A DNA stretch of 62,454 nucleotides, counting the filler, from Streblomastix strix (lineage: Eukaryota): assembly GCA_008636045.1 (NCBI GenBank). It is 3 parts of 3 records of this genome, joined end to end, with 100 filler letters (N's around TTAATTAATTAA, not from the genome) between each part and the next. Parts side by side here need not be neighbours in the genome. Positions count along the whole stretch, not along the records: positions 41,732 to 62,454 come from SNRW01000417.1; 2 more parts are not named here. One strand, 5' to 3'. Positions within the stretch are counted from its first letter, which is position 1. Each line of letters opens with the position of its first letter. The notes beneath the pieces are model-generated. The model was not told where the DNA came from and ran no database searches. It saw nothing but the letters and a program-made list of their open reading frames with translations. Shown here piece after piece: positions 56,591 through 62,454 of the stretch. The translations under genes and the position numbers were made by a program.

Positions 56591-56799
56591 AGTATATTTT
56601 CTGTAATACAAATAAAAATTTGCATAAAAATAAACGTTTAAGTAAATTATTAAACGAATTACAAAATATAAAATTGAATAATTTGAGTTATGTAGTGTTT
56701 TATAAAAATTAATTTAAAACACTTATTAATGAATGGAAATATTTACAAAAATTAAAAATAATAGGAAATTTTTCTAATACACTTTAACTAAACTATAAA

Positions 56800-59700
56800 A
56801 TGTTCTTCAGATACAAGTAATGTTCAATACGTGGCATGTAAAATCGGGTTTAAAATTTTTCATTTTTCATTCATGCAACCAAGTTTACTGGGAGTATTTT
56901 CTGGTTAGCATTTGGATTAAAAATAAAACAATAATTTTGATTAATTAAAATATTTATAAATTATAGACTTGATTGTAAACCAGCTAATAAAAAAAAGCGA
57001 AGAAGCAAAGAAGACCATGTAACAACCATAATCATTAACGGAAAAGGGTATTTATGAGCTTTGAGTTTAAAACATCTAAATTTTATTTCATACATACTGC
57101 AGAATAGAATGCGAAGAAGGAAAGCTTGAATAGTCGCCAGGTCCTTGTTTATGGGTATTCACTATTAGTTATGTTATATTTTCTTAATTTTTTTAAAGTG
57201 AAAAAACTTAGAAACTCATTTCAGAATCAAGCTGCCTTATCAGTGGACTAGATGGGGTGGGAGTCGAGATAGGTATTCATTATTTTTAATCCATTATTTT
57301 CTCGTTTATTCACAATTTTTTCATTGTTTTTCATAGCAAAAAATGTGATATTGAGTGGACTTGGGATCGTTACAATTCATGATACTGCCCTTACAGTCAT
57401 CGCTGATTTGACAACTCAGTTTTACCTCACAGAATCAGACATTGGAAAGAATCGCGCTGAATCCTGTGTGACCAAGCTCGCAGAACTGAATTAATATGTT
57501 CATGTTGAAGCTATCACAGGAATCCTAACTGATGATGTTATCAAGAATTACAAAGTTGTAGTCCTTGTGAATGCAAATGGATAAGAAATCGAACGTATTT
57601 CTAAATCTTGCAGAGCGAATGGAATCAAATTCATTATTTGTGACACAGCCGGTTTATTTTCACGAATATTTGTAGATGTTGGTGAATCACATCTTGTGTA
57701 AGATCTTGATGGAGAAAGATTGAAGATGGCAGTTATATAACTGATTACAAATGATAAATAAGCAATTGTTCACTCACTATTAGAAGAACCTCATGGATTC
57801 ACAAATGGTGATTATGTAACATTCTCAAAAGTAGAAGGAATGACATAGATCAATGATTTGTAGCCAGCTAAGGTTACATACATAAGCTAAGATTCATTCA
57901 AAGTTGATATTGATTCATCTAAGTTCGATCATTATACAATGAATGGATATGCTAATCAAGTGAAATTCCCATAAATAATTTCACATAAACCTTATTCAGA
58001 ATAATTAGAAAATGATCCATAATTTGCAACTATTGTTGATTTGGTTCATTTCGAGCGTCCAAATATTCTTCATGCTGCTTTCATAGCTCTTAAATAATAC
58101 GAGTTAATCCATAATGGAGAATTACCTCATCCATACAACAATAAAGATGCTGAAGAATTTGTCAATATAACATAATAGATCTACAATAAGATATTTGGTT
58201 CAGATGGATTTGATTCATAATTTGTGAAGTAATTCAGTTATGTTAGTTCTGGTGCATGTTCACCTGTTGCTTCTTCAGTAGGTGGAATTATTGGATAAGA
58301 AGTTGTGAAAGCAGCAACATTAAAATTCACTCCACTAAGTTAATGGTTGTATCTTGATCATAGCGAAGTATTACCGATTCCATTACCAAATGAAGAAGAT
58401 TGTAAACCTCTTAATTGTAGATATGATGCACAGATTGCAATATTTGGACGACAATTCTAAGAAAGACTTGGAACTTTGAATTATTTCTTAGTTGGTGCAG
58501 GAGCATTAGGATGTGAAGCTATCAAGAATTATGCATTGATGGGAGTTGCATGTGGTACTAATGGATTGATAACAGTAACTGATATGGACAACATTGAACT
58601 ATCAAATCTAAGCAGATAATTCTTATTCAGACCTTGGGATATTCAGAAACATAAATCAAATGTTGCTGTTTCAGCTGCATAAAAGATTAATCCATAATTG
58701 AAGGCATTTCCAATGACAAGCAGAGTTGGTGTTGAAACAGAAGATATATTCAATGATGAATTCTGGAATAAACTCGATGGAGTGCATAATGCTTTGGATA
58801 ATGTGCAATCAAGACTATATGTGGATAGTAAGTATGCTTATAAATTATATAAAGAATAATATTTTATAACATTTATTTATTTATACTTATTCATATTATT
58901 ATTTATACTTATACTTATTCTTATACTTGTACTCATACTTATACTCAAAAAGAATAATCTAATACCACAAAACACTTCTTGAAGGTGGGACACTTGGAGC
59001 AAAAGGCAATGTTCAGGTTGTAATTCCTCAAATAACAGCCAATTATGGAGCTTATAAGGACATTTAAGACAAAAGTATACCACTTTGTACAGTTAGAAAC
59101 CTTCCTTATATTATTGAGCACACAATTGAATACACTCGAGGTCTCTTTGTAGATATATTCAGTGAATAACCTTCAGATGCTGCATCATATATACTCAATC
59201 CAAAGAAATACATTGAGCGCATTTAATCTACTCAATAAAACAGGCTCATATCAGTTCAGAACTTGAAGAAGAATTTAGTTACTGAGATTCCGCGCACATT
59301 CAAAGATTGCATTGAATGGTCAAGAAGATTATTTGAGTAATGTTTTGTGAATCAGATTAAACAACTTCTTTATAGTTTTCCTCCAGATGCATTGACAACG
59401 AGTAATACTCCATTTTGGGGTGGAAGAAATAAGATGCCAAAAGTAACACCATTTAATCCAAGAGATTATAGACATCTTGATTTTATTGGACATGCAGCAT
59501 CTATTAGAGCGAAGAATTATTGTATTGATATTCCAGATGAAATGAATTGGAAGGAAATTGCAGATGTTGGATCATAAACACCGATTGATACTTTTATACC
59601 TCTGTCACATATGAAGATTGATGTTGATCCTAATTCTGATAAAAGTGAATCAAATAAAGATGAAATGAATGCAGAAGAAGAAGAGAAATATTTCTAAGAT

Positions 59701-60411
59701 GAAATATCAAAACTTCCATCATCTGAAGATCTGATTAAATAAGGAATCAAAGTTGAAGGAGAAGAATTTGAAAAGGATGATGATGCAAACCATCACATTG
59801 ACTTCATAACTGCTGGTTCCAATCTACGTGCAATTAACTATGGTATTCCACCAGCTGACAGGAATAGAATCAAATAAATAAGTGGTAAGATAATACCTGC
59901 AATTGCTACAACGACAGGATTAATAGCTGGATTATAATGCATGGAACTGTACAAACTTGTATCGCCTTGTGATATATTCAGAAAAGCTGATCATTACAGG
60001 AATTGGTTCATAAATATAGCAGCCAATATATTCACATATTCACAACCCATCCAACCAAAGCCAATCTAATAAGGATCTCCATATACAATCTGGGATAGAG
60101 AAGATGTAATATTCAAATAAATACCAACACTTGGATAAGTAATTGATAGATTAAATGATTAGAAGAAATGGATCATATCTAAAGTATCATATGGGCCAGG
60201 ATTGATGTGTGCTACTTTCTTAGAAGATGAAAGAAATGATTAGAGGAAGAAATAACTTATTACTGACATTGCTGAAGAAATTGATGAAAAGAAACTTGCA
60301 AAAGGAACTAATATTCTTTGTCTTGATACGTCATTTGTTGTTGAAGGTGCTAATCCTGATGATGAAGAATCATTCCTTCCTGTTTATGTCAAGTTTCCTC
60401 CACTCGAATGA
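56800..60411 (+). CDS. UBA1: Ubiquitin-activating enzyme E1
   Basis: [87 protein letters not shown], catalytic [33 protein letters not shown] 60409-60411. Confidence 0.97.
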
Positions 60412-60560
60412 TGAAGCAGTTATTCGTTTGATCCATGTTTCGAGTTTTTATTGGAATCTCAATAAAGAAGAAAATTATAACTAACATTTTAGATAAAAAT
60501 AAATATTGGTTGAGTTTTATTTTTTATTATTATTCAACATCGTCCATGCACTATTTAACT

Positions 60561-61912
60561 TCATTAAACAAGTAAAAACATTCTTAAAATAACAAATGCT
60601 GCCAATCCTACACCAAATGATATCCAACAACAATTCAATTTCTTCTTTTTGCTCTTCTTTTCAACAAAGATCGATTTTTTCAGCAAATCAGAATCAAGAA
60701 GCTCTTCAGCAGATGGTCTTCTCGTAGGGTCCTGATAAATATTAACATAAACCAATAAATATTAATAGAAATAATAATATTATTATATTACAATCAAACT
60801 GTATTCAGCATTGCTTCAATCATTTCCCTGACCTCTCCTTATATTTCAGATGGTAATTATGCCATCCTTCCATTCCTTATGTTCATAATGGTCTCTTCTG
60901 GACTCTGCCCTTCATATGGATGCTTCCCTGTAAGAAGCTCTACAAGTATAACACCCAAAGACCAGATATCTGATTGGAAGGTCATTCTATATTAGATAAT
61001 GGATTGTTAATAATAAATGTTTATAGTTGTTATATCGAATTTTATTATCTTTTATAATTATTAATAATTCTGATTGTATACTTATTTTGTCTAAGTGATT
61101 CGGGAGGACTATAATCTCTATAATGATTAAAATTAAAGTTTAAATAAGTAAATATTATTAATTAATCAGAAATATTTATATACTTTGTTCCTGCTGCTTT
61201 GATGTATGATTTACTAAAAACCTTCATGGATAATCCAAAGTCACCTATTTTCATTAAAATAATAAATTAAATAAATATTATTTATATCTAAATATCTAAT
61301 TAAAATCGAAAATCTATACCCAACTTTGAATTCCCATCTTTATCAAAGAAAATATTCTCCGGTTTCAAGTCACGGTGCACAATACCAAGTGAATGGAGGC
61401 TCTGAAGACCAGAAAGTACATCAAACAGTATCTTAAAACTTTGCTGGATATATAAATTAGGAAATAAATTTATAAAATATCAATAATAAGAATAAATTAA
61501 TGAATGATAATTACCTTTTATATTTTTTCAAAATTCGATCTTTCCATTCTCTCAAGAAGTTCTCGCAAATTCCCTCCTTCACAATATTCCATTATGATGC
61601 AAATATCGTCATCATATATAAATGAACTATAGAACTACACAGTGTATTTTGTCAATAATTTCTTAAGCATAGCAATTTCTTCATCAGCAGCTCGTTTGTC
61701 TTTTTAATCAAGGTATGGCAATCGCTTCATTATGAGTTCTACTTTTGGATTCTTCTTCAGCTTAACAAGTAAAACTCTGCCAAATGAACCTCGTGATAAT
61801 TCTCTTATTCGTTGGTCTGCAGCATTAATAGTTAGAAATGGATAAATCTAAAAAATGGCAAACAATCCTAATATTTGTGCTTTTTAACAGTCCTTGATTG
61901 ATTATTACCCAT
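60561..61912 (-). CDS. Multi-exon NEK-like Ser/Thr kinase with N-terminal MGxxxS and C-terminal hydrophobic tail
   Basis: MGNNQSR; LSRGSFGRVLLV; IMKR; ADEEI; MEYCEGGNL; HRDLKPENIF; G|DFGLS; YSPPE; SDIWSLG; DPTRRPSAEELL; KKSKKKKLNCCWISFGVGLAAFVILRMFLLVQ-TGA. Confidence 0.92.
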
Positions 61913-62253
61913 TTTTTATACAAGAAAACTACAATCTTTGGAAATAAAAACAATAATACGTAAAAAATATTAAACAAGACAAGTAGTAGGGAAATTATTA
62001 TTAAAATTTGTTATATAGTAAGTTAAAATAAAATTTAAATTCATTTAATTTATAAATAGCACCTATTTGCTGGCTAGGTAATAAGTTTTTTTGCAGGTTG
62101 GCGGTTTATTCATAATAGTGAATAATATAATTATCCTTGTTATAAAAGTGTTATTTGTTGGGGATTAATGAGAGTCCGGGACGTCCGGAAATTTACTGAA
62201 ACGATTTAGAATTGAATTATTTATTTTTGACCTGTATAAACAAACTCAACTGA

Positions 62254-62419
62254 ATGGCACTTATTGTTAGTGGACTATAGACAAACTCAATTCTTTCAGA
62301 ACTTTTCAAATTCTTTGAACAATTTGGAACGATAATAAAGTGTGAAATACGTGGAAAATCAGCTTTGATTATTTTTTCTTAGAAAAAAGATGCAACGCTA
62401 GTTCAGAGAGAATTTAATT
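62254..62419 (+). CDS. RRM-domain RNA-binding protein, first exon (runs off window)
   Basis: MALIVSGLQTNSILSELFKFFEQFGTIIKCEIRGKSALIIFSQKKDATLVQREFN, then GT donor at 62420; RNP2/RNP1-like pattern. Confidence 0.7.
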
Positions 62420-62454
62420 GTATTTATTAGATTTTATTATCATTATATATAAAT

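Noticed and set aside
62160..62205. TCCGG-GACGT-CCGGA hairpin flanked by TTAATGA and GAAAC/CTGA as a hammerhead ribozyme or C/D snoRNA
   Set aside because: The core deviates from CTGATGA at essential positions, stems I/III are not evident and there is no good box C. More likely promoter-region sequence between divergent genes.

Overview
AT-rich eukaryotic (protist) genomic DNA in which TAA/TAG encode Gln and only TGA stops, with short GT-AG introns. The supplied standard-code ORF track is therefore mostly fragments or spurious antisense frames. The code, intron style and a Bacteroidales-like fragment are consistent with an oxymonad such as Streblomastix (inference, not a database result). The window is three unrelated contigs joined by artificial N/TTAATTAATTAA/N linkers (1-20780, 20881-41631, 41732-62454). 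Contig 1 holds a partial MYCBP2/HECTD4-like gene, a NEK-like kinase with exon-sized ARM-like modules and a 1552-bp internal tandem duplication, a giant Q-rich helical protein, and a low-complexity ORF fused at the contig end to a Bacteroidales ExbB/TolQ-like fragment. Contig 2 holds a highly divergent dynein heavy chain-like gene, CEP104 and SmE. Contig 3 holds a compact, intronless, virus-like cluster (A32-like packaging ATPase, two phage-tail-fibre-like genes, small membrane proteins) already adapted to the host code and now decaying. It is followed by a degenerate DIRS-type tyrosine-recombinase retrotransposon, then host genes (coiled-coil protein, UBA1, a dual-anchor NEK-like kinase, a partial RRM gene). 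The best candidate for a novel system is the endogenous Polinton-like/virophage-like element carrying Bacteroidetes-phage-style fibre proteins (41732-49000). All translations and family calls were made by eye.
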